Below are positions 1-10,256 of a stretch of DNA of 52,396 nucleotides, piece by piece; positions within the stretch are counted from its first letter, which is position 1; each line of letters begins with the position of its first letter. Position numbers and translations under genes: made by a program. Under the pieces are notes generated by a model, which was given only the letters and a program-made list of their open reading frames with translations, was not told the origin of the DNA and made no database searches. Location of the stretch: assembly GCA_018302235.1 (NCBI GenBank), contig JAGVZW010000001.1, forward strand, positions 1 through 52,396, in the 5' to 3' direction. Source of the DNA: Candidatus Woesearchaeota archaeon (GTDB lineage: Archaea > Nanobdellota > Nanobdellia > SCGC-AAA011-G17 > GW2011-AR18).

Positions 1-171
1 ACAAATATAATAACAATAATTGCTATAGTAATAAATATTTGACCTCTTTTGTTCATATATTATTAAAATAATATATCTTTTTAAATATTATTCTTTTTTT
101 ATCTTGTCTTTATTATTCTGGGTTTATTCAATTCATAAGAACTATTTTCTAAATAAATTTGATAGTAGGGC

Positions 172-1302
172 TTAATGCTCATTTAGCCATTTTATTTCTT
201 CTTTATCTAAAGTTAAAGCATATGGTAGAAATAATTTATAATATCTAAACTCCTTAAATAATTTCTTTTTAGAGCAATGAACCTTCATTTTTTCTATAAT
301 TTCTTTCTTTTTAGCCAACTTCATGTTCATTTGCCAAATTCTCAGTGGTTTCATAGTCCTCTTATATTGAACAAAACCACTACTTTTTTCTTTCTTAGCA
401 AAGGCAATACCTGAACTAATATAGTGTATAACATAAACTAAATAACGCCAATACTGCCATCTTATAATTCTAGTCTCAAAAATTGTAGCTCTTCCCAATT
501 GATCATAAGCATTCATTAAATCCTCACCCTTATACTCTAAAGGTAAATTCTCTTCAAGCCATAAAATAAATTCATTAAAATCATAATTAACATTAGCAAA
601 AACATTCTTAGTTATATCTAAACTCCTAGATTTAAAAACTAATTTTAGCCCATTAAAAATATCTGTTTCATAGGTTCTTTCATCAATCCCTTTCAAATCA
701 ATATACCCAGAAGAAGAAGCAGCTTGTAAATCATTTATAGCTCCTCTCAAATCCCCACCACACCTCCTAGAAATAATCTTCAAATCATTTTCTTCATAAG
801 TTATACTTTCTATTTCAGAGATTTTTTTTAAAATATTAAAAATACTATTTCCATCAACTAACTTAAATTCTACTAAAGTACATACCTTTAACAAAGCCTT
901 TAATCTAATATCATAGGGATCATTACCGACAATTAATACAGAAAAAACACTTTTATCAATTAGTTCGACAATTGTCCCAACACAACCTCTATCATTTGTC
1001 CCAGAAATACCATTAATATTATCTATTAAAAATAATTTCTGCTTACCAAATAAACTATTCTCTTTACAAGATTTAATTAATCTATTTTCTATCTCTTCTC
1101 TACCCATATAATTACTTGGGTCAATCTCAACAACATCATAATCCTTCAAAATAATTTCAATAGCTGCACTCTTTCCACAACCAGTAGGCCCATAAACAAA
1201 AATTCCTTTTTTTTTTATAGATAACAATTTCTTCAATTTAATAATATTTTCTTGAGGAATTTCCTCTAATTTCTGTGGTTTATATTTTTGAATAAAAATC
1301 AT
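172..1302 (-). CDS. rfcL: Replication factor C large subunit
   Basis: N-terminal KYKPQKL box, Walker A GPTGCGKS, GDLRGAINDLQ, WLEENLP and QYWRYLVY motifs typical of archaeal RFC-L; 4-nt overlap with rfcS. Confidence 0.92.
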   Translation of the reverse strand: MIFIQKYKPQKLEEIPQENIIKLKKLLSIKKKGIFVYGPTGCGKSAAIEIILKDYDVVEIDPSNYMGREEIENRLIKSCKENSLFGKQKLFLIDNINGISGTNDRGCVGTIVELIDKSVFSVLIVGNDPYDIRLKALLKVCTLVEFKLVDGNSIFNILKKISEIESITYEENDLKIISRRCGGDLRGAINDLQAASSSGYIDLKGIDERTYETDIFNGLKLVFKSRSLDITKNVFANVNYDFNEFILWLEENLPLEYKGEDLMNAYDQLGRATIFETRIIRWQYWRYLVYVIHYISSGIAFAKKEKSSGFVQYKRTMKPLRIWQMNMKLAKKKEIIEKMKVHCSKKKLFKEFRYYKLFLPYALTLDKEEIKWLNEH

Positions 1303-2252
1303 TTTTTAACCAATCCAAAACCAGCCAACAATGCCTCAATTTGAATAAAATCATTAGCGCCCTCAACAAGTCTATACTCAATTTCACCACATTTTTCAAT
1401 TAATTTTAATTTCTCATCATCTGATATATTCAACTCATAAATACTCTTTTGAATCTGTTTAACAGTATCAATCCCACTTAAACCATTTTCAAGCATTATA
1501 TCTAATAATCTTTTTTTTGCATTTAAAAACCCCCCGCCAATAGCTAACTCCAAAATTTCTTTAATATCAATATTTTCAATTATTCCACTTACTTCTTTAA
1601 GTATTTCTAAATCAATTTCTTTAGAAACAGATGAGCAGCTTTGTAATAGATTTACTGTTTGTCTGACATCACCTTCTCCCATCTCAACTAATCTGCTTTT
1701 AACACCATCTTTCAGAATTAAACCCTCATTTGAGGTAATATAATCTATATATTCATACAAACTTTCTTTGTCTAAAGGTTTGAATCTAAAGATACTGCAT
1801 CTACTTTTAATTGGGTCAATAATCTTTGATGGAAAATTAGCACTTAAAATAAATCTACATGTCCTAGAATAATTTTCCATAGTCCTTCTCAATGCTTGCT
1901 GTGCCTCTTTAGTCAATGCATCTGATTCATCTAAATGAATAATTTTAAAAGGTACATCCTTAATGCTTTTGGTTCTTGCAAAATCTTTTACTTGCATTCT
2001 GATTACATCAATACCCCTACTATCGCTCGCATTTAGATCTAAAAAATCTTCTTTGTTTTTTCCGTATAGTTCGTTAGCAATAACAAAAGCAGAAGTGGAT
2101 TTACCTGAACCTGGAGGACCACAGAGCAATAAATGTGGCATATTTTTTTTTTCTACAAAGGCCTTTATTCTCGGAATTATATGCCTTTGTCCCTTGATTT
2201 CATCGAATGTTTTAGGTCTATATTTTTCAACCCAAATTGAGTTTTCATGCAT
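1299..2252 (-). CDS. rfcS: Replication factor C small subunit
   Basis: WVEKYRP, Walker A GPPGSGKS, LNASDSRGID, DESDALT, SRC motif. Start moved from the ORF-track 2300 to the ATG at 2252 (MHENSIWVEKYRP). Confidence 0.96.
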   Translation of the reverse strand: MHENSIWVEKYRPKTFDEIKGQRHIIPRIKAFVEKKNMPHLLLCGPPGSGKSTSAFVIANELYGKNKEDFLDLNASDSRGIDVIRMQVKDFARTKSIKDVPFKIIHLDESDALTKEAQQALRRTMENYSRTCRFILSANFPSKIIDPIKSRCSIFRFKPLDKESLYEYIDYITSNEGLILKDGVKSRLVEMGEGDVRQTVNLLQSCSSVSKEIDLEILKEVSGIIENIDIKEILELAIGGGFLNAKKRLLDIMLENGLSGIDTVKQIQKSIYELNISDDEKLKLIEKCGEIEYRLVEGANDFIQIEALLAGFGLVKK

Positions 2253-2507
2253 AACAAAAAAGAAATTTGTTTGTTTATAAAGTTTTATCAACTTTGTCAT
2301 TGTAATTTAGACTTACAAGACTTTTTAAAATAAATAAAATAAGTTTATAACATTTTAATTTAATTAATCTTTAGTTTTTCAAAAAAATAAAGGCCTTAAA
2401 AACAACTTTCAGTAGAGATACATTACTAGATAAGTTGAACAAAGTAACTTATTATCAAAGTATAACAAATCATGCTTGTAGTTTTTTAGAAAACAATTCT
2501 AAAGATA

Positions 2508-2563
2508 TTAAAGGTTATAAAACCTTTAAAAAATGTCTTTATTTATTGTTTGCGAACAATAAA
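2508..2563. repeat. Two adjacent perfect 9-bp inverted repeats with 4-nt spacers
   Basis: TTAAAGGTT-ataa-AACCTTTAA (2508-2529) and TTTATTGTT-tgcg-AACAATAAA (2542-2563), read directly, within a ~480-nt non-coding gap. Confidence 0.7.
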
Positions 2564-2730
2564 CCTTTTATAAAATATTTAGAAAAATGTAACTTATAGA
2601 TAAGCTAACAATCCAGGAGTTTTATAAATCAAAACTAAACAAATAATAATAGCATACCCACTAACAATCAAACGGTTACTATTATTTAAAAAATAAAATA
2701 ATGTTAATTCATTGAAATTTGTATTTGTTG

Positions 2731-3051
2731 TTAGTATTCTTCATCATCATCAGAGATTTCTTTATCTTGCTCCTCTAAATCCTCATTAAGATTCTCATCT
2801 TCTGATTCATTATAATTTTCATCAGAAGATTCTGTAGCATCTTGATCAGTTCTTTCAGCAAATGCATATTTTTTTAGTACTCTTGTAATCTTAACCCTAA
2901 TTTCTTCGCCTTTATGCGCATCTTTAACAAAGACTACAAAACCATTTACCTTTGCTAAGCCATCTCCTTTAGCTCCATCAGCTTCAATTTTTACGTCTAC
3001 TATAGCTCCTTCTTTTACTGGAGCACTTCTACTTCTTCTTTCTTCGTACAT
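2731..3051 (-). CDS. Single TRAM-domain RNA-binding protein (archaeal cold-shock-like) with acidic tail
   Basis: APVKEG..DVKIEADGAKGDGLAKVNGFVVFVKDA..GEEIRVKITRVLKKYAFAE matches the archaeal TRAM consensus; upstream SD-like AGGTAGGTG. Confidence 0.9.
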   Translation of the reverse strand: MYEERRSRSAPVKEGAIVDVKIEADGAKGDGLAKVNGFVVFVKDAHKGEEIRVKITRVLKKYAFAERTDQDATESSDENYNESEDENLNEDLEEQDKEISDDDEEY

Positions 3052-3099
3052 CTAGATTACACCTACCTAATTTAAGTTAAGAATAAGATCAAAGATAAA

Positions 3100-3107
3100 T
3101 TTATAAA
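3100..3107 (+). promoter_or_regulatory. TATA box for ileS (probably leaderless)
   Basis: TTTATAAA 24-31 nt upstream of the ATG at 3131, preceded by a purine-rich BRE-like stretch; no SD. Confidence 0.55.
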
Positions 3108-3130
3108 TATATACATTTTAGAGTCAAATC

Positions 3131-5980
3131 ATGTATGCTTCAAGGGATGAATTAGAGGTTTTAGAATATTGGGGGAAAAAACAAATTTTTAAAAAGTTAC
3201 AAGAGAAAAATAAAGGTAAAAAAAAATTTTCATTTATTGATGGACCTATTACTGCAAATAATCCTATGGGGGTACATCATGCATGGGGGAGGACTTATAA
3301 GGACTTATATCAAAGGTTTAAGGCTATGCAGGGTTATGATCAAAGATATCAAAATGGTTTTGATTGCCAGGGTTTGTGGGTTGAGGTTGAAGTAGAAAAA
3401 GATTTAAATTTTAATTCAAAGAAAGATATAGAGCGATTTGGTTTGGAAAAATTCTCTAATACATGCAAAGAGAGAGTAAATAAGTTTTCAAAGATTCAAA
3501 CAGAACAATCTATTAGGTTGGGTCAATGGATGGATTGGGATAATTCTTATTATACTATGTCAGATAATAATATTGAACATATCTGGTATTTTTTAAAAAA
3601 ATGTAAAGAGATGGGATGGTTATATAAGGGTTCAAAAATAATGCCTTGGTGCATTAGATGTGGTTCTTCCTCTTCAAAACATGAAATGAGTGATGGAGGC
3701 TATGCTGATTTGACTCATACCTCAGTATATTTTTTATTTAAATTAAAAAATAAAGATGAATATTTGATCATATGGTCAACAACACCATGGACATTCTCAT
3801 CAAATGTAGCTGCAGCTATTAATCCTGAGCTAAATTATTCTCAAGTAAGGTATAATGGAAAAATATATTATTTAGCAGAATCAATGTTAAAGAGGATTAT
3901 TCATGATGATTATCTTGTTCTTGATACAATTAAAGGCTCTAATATGATTGGATGGGAATATGAAGCCCCTTATGATGATTTTGATGTGCAAAAGGATGTA
4001 AATCATAAAATAATTCCATGGGAAGAGGTAGGTGCAGATATAGGAACTGGTATAGTACATATAGCCCCAGGCTGTGGTGAAGAGGATTTTGAACTTGGAA
4101 AAAAATACGGTTTACCAGCGCTCTCTCCCTTGAATGAGGATGGAACATTTAGAGATGGATATGGATGGCAAACAAATAGATTTGTGTGGGATGTGAATAA
4201 ACAGGTTTTAGATGATCTAAAAAAGAAAAATGCATTTTTTTCAATTGAACAGATAACTCATCGCTATCCTATTTGTTGGAGATGTAAGGAAGAATTGGTT
4301 TTTAGGATGGTATCAGAGTGGTTTATATCAGCTGATCAAATAAGACCAATGATGTTGATGAATATAAAGAAAGTAAAATGGGAGCCAGATTATTGTCAAA
4401 AGTTAATGGAAGATTGGATTACAAATATGGAGGATTGGTGTATATCAAGAAAAAGATATTGGGGTTTACCTTTAATGTTTTATGTGTGTTCTTGTGGTGA
4501 GATAATAATAATAGGATCAAAAAAAGAATTAAGGAAATTAGCTATTGACCCAAAAAAAGTAGATGAGCTTCCAGAATTTCATAGACCTTGGATTGATGAA
4601 ATATATATAAAATGCCATCAATGTAAAAGAGAAATTAAAAGGATACCTGAGGTTGGTGATTGCTGGTTGGATGCTGGTGTTGTTCCTTATTCTACATTGA
4701 ATTATTTAACAGATAAAAGATATTGGAAGGCATGGTTTCCAGCTAATCTTGTAATAGAGATGCGGGCACAGATTAGGCTATGGTTTTATTCTTTGTTGTT
4801 TATATCTACTACTCTAGAGAATAAACCACCATATAGAGAGGTTTTTTGTTATGAAGAGGTTAGAGACGAAAATGGTGATGCTATGCATAAGAGTAAGGGT
4901 AATGCTATATGGTTTAATGAGGCAGCTGAAAAAATTGGAGTAGATATTATGCGTTTAATTTATCTACAACAAAACCCCAGATTTAATCTTTGTTTTGGTT
5001 ATAATATTACAGAAGAAAGAAAGAAGACTATAAATAATCTCTTAAATCTTGAAACCTATGTATCACAATTTAAAGAGGAAACACAAAAAAAATTAAATAT
5101 AGAGGATAAATGGATACTTTCTAGATTAAATAATTTAATTATTAAAATTACAGATGATTTAGAAAAATTACAACCAAATCAAGCAATAATTTCTTTAATA
5201 GATTTCTTTACTATTGATTTTTCAAAGGACTATATTAAATTTATAAGAGATAGGGTGCAAAATGAAATAGGTGAAAATAAAGAAACTGCTATTTATATAT
5301 TACATAAAATATATCTTACTCTGTTGAAATTATTAGCCCCATTTATACCATTTACTACTGAGAAGATCTATTTAAGGGTCTATAATCAAAAAGAGTCAGT
5401 TCATTTAGAAGATTGGCCAAAATCAGATAAAAAATTAATAAAGAATGAATTGGAAGGGGATATGGAATATGTTTTGTTGGTTATAGAATCCATTTTAGCA
5501 GCCAGAAATAAAGCAGAGTTAGGATTGAGATGGCCATTGGGCTCTGTGACTATATCTACAAAAAATATAGGAATAAAAAAGTCAATTAAAAAGATGAATA
5601 AATTAATTAAAAAACAAACGAATATTAAAAAAATAATAGTAACTGAAGAGATAGATATTTCTGATAAGACATCAGTTGAGTTTAAACATGGATATATAAA
5701 ATTAAATACTAACTTAACGAAAAAATTAGAGGTAGAAGGCTTTTCAAGAGAAATAACAAGGAAGATTCAAGATATAAGAAAAAAACAAGGGATGATAAGA
5801 GGAGATGTAATTGATTTGTATATAGAAACAAATCAAAAATTAATTGAAAAGGAAATCTCTTCTAAAGTAAATTCAAGAACTATACAAATCTCAAATAAGA
5901 AACCAGAACAATCTTTTGTAGTAGAAGAGAATTTTAAGGTTAAAGGAAAGGATTTCAAGATATATTTTACGAAGTTATAA
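3131..5980 (+). CDS. ileS: Isoleucine--tRNA ligase (type 2-like, altered signature motifs)
   Basis: DGPITAN, GFDCQGL, WSTTPWT, GTGIVHIAPGCGEEDF editing motif, DWCISRKRYWG; the HIGH position reads GVHH and the KMSKS position reads AMHKS. Confidence 0.95.
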   Translation: MYASRDELEVLEYWGKKQIFKKLQEKNKGKKKFSFIDGPITANNPMGVHHAWGRTYKDLYQRFKAMQGYDQRYQNGFDCQGLWVEVEVEKDLNFNSKKDIERFGLEKFSNTCKERVNKFSKIQTEQSIRLGQWMDWDNSYYTMSDNNIEHIWYFLKKCKEMGWLYKGSKIMPWCIRCGSSSSKHEMSDGGYADLTHTSVYFLFKLKNKDEYLIIWSTTPWTFSSNVAAAINPELNYSQVRYNGKIYYLAESMLKRIIHDDYLVLDTIKGSNMIGWEYEAPYDDFDVQKDVNHKIIPWEEVGADIGTGIVHIAPGCGEEDFELGKKYGLPALSPLNEDGTFRDGYGWQTNRFVWDVNKQVLDDLKKKNAFFSIEQITHRYPICWRCKEELVFRMVSEWFISADQIRPMMLMNIKKVKWEPDYCQKLMEDWITNMEDWCISRKRYWGLPLMFYVCSCGEIIIIGSKKELRKLAIDPKKVDELPEFHRPWIDEIYIKCHQCKREIKRIPEVGDCWLDAGVVPYSTLNYLTDKRYWKAWFPANLVIEMRAQIRLWFYSLLFISTTLENKPPYREVFCYEEVRDENGDAMHKSKGNAIWFNEAAEKIGVDIMRLIYLQQNPRFNLCFGYNITEERKKTINNLLNLETYVSQFKEETQKKLNIEDKWILSRLNNLIIKITDDLEKLQPNQAIISLIDFFTIDFSKDYIKFIRDRVQNEIGENKETAIYILHKIYLTLLKLLAPFIPFTTEKIYLRVYNQKESVHLEDWPKSDKKLIKNELEGDMEYVLLVIESILAARNKAELGLRWPLGSVTISTKNIGIKKSIKKMNKLIKKQTNIKKIIVTEEIDISDKTSVEFKHGYIKLNTNLTKKLEVEGFSREITRKIQDIRKKQGMIRGDVIDLYIETNQKLIEKEISSKVNSRTIQISNKKPEQSFVVEENFKVKGKDFKIYFTKL

Positions 5981-6322
5981 AAATTCACGTTTAATTACAG
6001 GTAGATTAATTAATCTACATCTACTACAAAATAAAGTAGTTATGAATTTGTAATCTGCAGAGCAACTCAATATAACACTAGATCCAGTCGGAAATAAAAA
6101 AATATCTTCAGAATACGGATTGATAATAGAAAATCCTTCTATTCTAAATCTATTCTCATCAAGAATTTTAGAATAAAACATTTTGTATATAGGATCCTGA
6201 TATCCATAAGCGCTTAAAACTAAATCCATTAAATCATTAAATATTCTTTCTCTTTTTAAATGAACGAAAGTAACAATATTGTGTGGAATTAAAATATCTT
6301 GAACAATCTGGTCAATAATCAT
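5975..6322 (-). CDS. Hypothetical protein
   Basis: 115-aa ORF filling the gap between ileS and tbp; no recognisable motif. Confidence 0.5.
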   Translation of the reverse strand: MIIDQIVQDILIPHNIVTFVHLKRERIFNDLMDLVLSAYGYQDPIYKMFYSKILDENRFRIEGFSIINPYSEDIFLFPTGSSVILSCSADYKFITTLFCSRCRLINLPVIKREFL

Positions 6323-6414
6323 AAAAATAAGAATAACAAAAGAAATAAAAAATTTTTTTAAATACCTTTATAAACTTTTACTTTTATTTATATATATTTT
6401 AAGGAGTGTATTAA

Positions 6415-6963
6415 ATGCCAGTTCATAAAAGAGAACTTAAGATTGTTAATATAGTAGCCTCGACATATTTAGAGCATGATATTCCTTTAATAAAATTAGC
6501 AGAAAAATTGCCAAATACAGAATATAATCCTGAGCAATTCCCTGGCTTGGTTATGAGGATTAGAGATCCGAAAACATCAGCGTTAATATTTGGTTCTGGA
6601 AAGGTTGTATGTACTGGTGCAAGATCTATGCAAAAACTTAGAGAAAGTATAAAACAAATAGTTAAGAATATTGAAAAAATTGGTATAAAAATATTAATAC
6701 AGCCCAGAGTAAAGGTACAAAATATGGTTGCTTCAGGATCTATAGGAATGGATTTAAATCTAAATTCTTTAGCTATGGAATTAGAAAATACTGAATATGA
6801 ACCCGAACAGTTTCCTGGCCTTGTTTATAAGTTAGCAGGGACGAGAGCAACATTTTTGTTGTTTAGTAATGGTAAGATTGTATGCACTGGGACAAGATCT
6901 GAGACAACTTTAAAAGAGGCAGTAGATCTACTGGTAAAAAATTTACAATCGTTTAAGAAATGA
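6415..6963 (+). CDS. tbp: TATA-box-binding protein
   Basis: Two TBP repeats (NIVAS..YNPEQFPGLV..LIFGSGKVVCTGARS and NMVAS..YEPEQFPGLV..LLFSNGKIVCTG); SD AAGGAG upstream. Confidence 0.98.
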   Translation: MPVHKRELKIVNIVASTYLEHDIPLIKLAEKLPNTEYNPEQFPGLVMRIRDPKTSALIFGSGKVVCTGARSMQKLRESIKQIVKNIEKIGIKILIQPRVKVQNMVASGSIGMDLNLNSLAMELENTEYEPEQFPGLVYKLAGTRATFLLFSNGKIVCTGTRSETTLKEAVDLLVKNLQSFKK

Positions 6964-7040
6964 TTGTATAAATAATAAATATATTTTTTTATAACTACTA
7001 TTTCTCAATAAAATACCTTTAAAATAGGAAAAATCTTCTT

Positions 7041-9077
7041 ATGGTTATGAATATAAATGAACAAATAGAAAAACTAACAGAATTTATAAGTGAAAATTAT
7101 AAGGATGAGATTTATGAATCTATACAAAAGGGAAAAAAGGCATTGATTATTGATTTTAAAGAATTAGCCAGATTCGACCATGAATTAGCAGAGGACTTGT
7201 TGCAGGTTCCAGAGGAAATAATTAAGGCATCTGAAATAGCTTTGAATCAGATTGATTTACCAGAGGAGAATACATTAAGAAGGATACGTTTTAGAAACCT
7301 TCCACAAACACAAAAGATAAAGATTGCTAATATAAGGTCATCACATTTGGATAAATTTGTTTCTGTAGAGGGAATAGTTAGACAGGCTTCGGATATAAGA
7401 CCCCAAGTCACTCAAGCAACCTTTGAGTGCCCTTCGTGTGGCAATTCAATTAAGATACTACAAATAACTCAAACTTTCAAAGAACCGAGCAGGTGTTCTT
7501 GTGGTAGAAAGGGTGCTTCTGCGTTTAAATTAATATCAAAGGAAATGATTGATGTACAGCACTTAAAAATAGAAGAGGCACCAGAATCGTTAGATGGAGG
7601 GGAACAACCAAAGCGTCTTTCTATTTTTGCAAAAGAGGACTTAGTTGAACCACAAATAGTTAAAAAAACTACGCCAGGTAGTAGAATTTTGGTTAATGGT
7701 GCTATTAAAGAAGTGGAGACTCAGTTAAGAACCGGCGTAAAGTCAGTTAGGTTTGATATTATAATGGAAGCGAATAATATAGAGGCTACACAAGAAGATT
7801 TCTCTGAAGTAGTTTTAACTAGGAAAGATGAGGAAGAGATAGAAAACTTTGCAAAAAATCCAAAATTATATGAAACTATTGCAAATTCAATTGCCCCATC
7901 TATATATGGTTATGAGTTAATTAAATTAGCATTAACTTTACAGTTGGTTGGTGGTGTAAGAAAATTAAAAGAAGATGGCACTATAACAAGGGGAGATATT
8001 CACATCTTACTAATTGGTGATCCTGGTAGTGGAAAGAGTCAGATATTACAATTTATTGCTAAGAATGCTCCTAAGGCAAGATTTGTTTCAGGGAAGGGTA
8101 GTTCTGGTGCTGGATTGACTGCGAGTGTAATAAAGGATGAATTTCTTCGTGGTTGGTCTCTAGAGGCTGGTGCTTTGGTTTTGGCAAATAAGGGTCTTGC
8201 AGTTGTAGATGAGTTAGACAAAATGGCGCCCGAAGATAGAAGTGCTTTACATGAAGCATTGGAACAACAACAAGTTACTATATCTAAGGCAAATATTCAA
8301 GCAAGTTTAAGGGCAGAAACAACATTGTTAGCAGCAGCAAATCCTAAGGGAAGCCGTTTTGATCCATATACACCGATCCCACAGCAAATTGATCTTCCAC
8401 CAACTTTGTTAAATAGATTTGATCTAATCTTTCCTATAAGAGATATTCCAAATAAAGATAGAGATGAAGAGATTGCAACACATGTATTAGAAACCACACA
8501 GAAAAAGGAATCATACAAAGATAATGTTCCTTCTGTATTCCTTAAAAAATATATTTCTTATGTAAAACAAAGAATAAAACCAGAATTAACAAAGCAAGCA
8601 ATTAAGGAGATAAAAGATTTTTATGTTAATCTAAGGAATAGTCCATCAAGTGGTGATATTCAGGCAGTAAAACCAATACCAATCTCTGCGAGACAGTTGG
8701 AGGGATTGATAAGATTGACTGAAGCATCTGCTAAACTACGTTTAGATACCAGAGCATCAAAAGATGATGCTAAAAGGGCGATATCCTTATTAACATATTG
8801 TTTAAATCAGGTTGGAATTGATCCAGAAACAGGACAAATAGATATGGATAGAATATCTGGAACAACTACTGCTTCTAGCAGAAATAAGATAATAATTGTA
8901 AAAGAAATTATAAAGATTTTAGAGGATGCTGGGTTAAAAACAATTCCTATTGAAGAAATATTTGCAAAGGCCCATGAGAGGGGTTTGAAAGAGGATAAAA
9001 TAGAAGAGACAATTGAACAATTAAAAAAGTCAGGTGAAATATTTGAACCAAAAAAAGGATTTATTCAAAGAATATGA
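7041..9077 (+). CDS. mcm: MCM replicative helicase
   Basis: Zn finger CPSC..CSC, IAPSIYG, Walker A GDPGSGKSQ, Walker B DELDKM, AAANP, RFD arginine finger, C-terminal winged helix; no intein. Confidence 0.97.
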   Translation: MVMNINEQIEKLTEFISENYKDEIYESIQKGKKALIIDFKELARFDHELAEDLLQVPEEIIKASEIALNQIDLPEENTLRRIRFRNLPQTQKIKIANIRSSHLDKFVSVEGIVRQASDIRPQVTQATFECPSCGNSIKILQITQTFKEPSRCSCGRKGASAFKLISKEMIDVQHLKIEEAPESLDGGEQPKRLSIFAKEDLVEPQIVKKTTPGSRILVNGAIKEVETQLRTGVKSVRFDIIMEANNIEATQEDFSEVVLTRKDEEEIENFAKNPKLYETIANSIAPSIYGYELIKLALTLQLVGGVRKLKEDGTITRGDIHILLIGDPGSGKSQILQFIAKNAPKARFVSGKGSSGAGLTASVIKDEFLRGWSLEAGALVLANKGLAVVDELDKMAPEDRSALHEALEQQQVTISKANIQASLRAETTLLAAANPKGSRFDPYTPIPQQIDLPPTLLNRFDLIFPIRDIPNKDRDEEIATHVLETTQKKESYKDNVPSVFLKKYISYVKQRIKPELTKQAIKEIKDFYVNLRNSPSSGDIQAVKPIPISARQLEGLIRLTEASAKLRLDTRASKDDAKRAISLLTYCLNQVGIDPETGQIDMDRISGTTTASSRNKIIIVKEIIKILEDAGLKTIPIEEIFAKAHERGLKEDKIEETIEQLKKSGEIFEPKKGFIQRI

Positions 9078-9724
9078 CCGCAAGATTCCAAAGACAAACT
9101 GCATTTAGATTATGGATATCAGATATAATTAATGCTCAATTTGTTAATCCAAAACAAGAGTTTACTCCATCATATATTATAACGAGAGAATTGCATGTAT
9201 CTAGAGTAAATTTTATAAGTATATGTATAGAAAAACAGATTACTGAAAATTATGGATTTATTGTTGTAGATGATTCTTCAGCACAGATTCAAATTACGGC
9301 TTGGAATGAGGATGTGAATATTTTAAAAAATATTCAATGTGAACAGATTTTAAATATAATTGGTAAAGTAAGATATTTTAATAACCAAGTGTACATATCT
9401 CCAGAGATAATTAGAGAGGTTGAGAGGGAATGGTTGAAAATAAGAATTTTGGAATTAAAAAGGCTTTATGGGGAACCAATAAAAGAAGAAAAAATTAAAC
9501 AAAAGGTTATGTTTATTGATGCAGGAGATATGTCTCCCTTATCCAAAAGAGAAATTATTCTGAAATTAATAGAGAAATTAGATGAAAAATATGGTGCAGA
9601 TATAATAGAAGTTATTAAACAATCAAAACTACAACAGCAAGATGCAGAGAATATAATAAAAGAGCTTATTAAAGAGGGAGAGATCTTCGAAATTAAATCT
9701 GGACATTTAAGAACAATAATGTAA
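9074..9724 (+). CDS. OB-fold nucleic-acid-binding protein, RPA32-like, with C-terminal winged helix
   Basis: RQTAFRLWISDI..VSRVN..VDDSSAQI..IIGKVR..ISPEII OB fold plus ELIKEGEIFE wH; ATGA-coupled to mcm. Confidence 0.8.
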   Translation: MTARFQRQTAFRLWISDIINAQFVNPKQEFTPSYIITRELHVSRVNFISICIEKQITENYGFIVVDDSSAQIQITAWNEDVNILKNIQCEQILNIIGKVRYFNNQVYISPEIIREVEREWLKIRILELKRLYGEPIKEEKIKQKVMFIDAGDMSPLSKREIILKLIEKLDEKYGADIIEVIKQSKLQQQDAENIIKELIKEGEIFEIKSGHLRTIM

Positions 9725-9749
9725 ATATTTTATAAAGTATATATAATTT

Positions 9750-10256
9750 ATAGAAAAAAATAAATCTTATCTATCTTTAATTATTATAATTTTTTGCACA
9801 ATAATCTCTTTAATAATATTAATTTTTATTTGAGCAAATCTAGGAACATGGAAAGATTAGAATGGAAATATCATAAATATGTCAACAAGTATAAAATTAA
9901 TAGTTACTATAATCATTCTAATAATAATAACCTCTATTTGGATCGTTTATTCTAGAAAAAAAGCAATTAATCAAACAATACAAAATCCAAAAACAACTGG
10001 AGAAAAAATAATATCCACAAGTTACAAATTAGCTGGTTGAAGAATGAGATTAAAAGCAATAGGGTCATTAATTACTGGAATTCTTTTATTAATTTTAGGA
10101 ATTATTTTAACAATTACCTTGAATTCACCAAAATCACTTATCCTTTCAGGAATAGGAATATTAACAATTTTATTTGCATTATTACAATTCAAACTTGCAA
10201 AAAAGTCTATCAAGGACAACTATAAGATTTATAAATTATATCTATTTCTTATTTAT
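9750..10256 (+). pseudogene. Degraded multi-pass membrane protein gene (three in-frame stops, ATA at the apparent start)
   Basis: A single frame from 9750 gives four hydrophobic helices interrupted by TGA 9831, TAG 9858 and TGA 10038, and continues without a stop into aIF2-beta; TATA TTTATAAA at about 9729-9736. Confidence 0.55.

Noticed and set aside
9750-10040. Genome-wide stop-codon reassignment (TGA or TAG as sense)
   Set aside because: Conserved genes end at their expected positions with TGA (tbp, mcm, eif2b, groES) and TAG (rnp4, prf1, rpoN), and Trp is encoded by TGG throughout.
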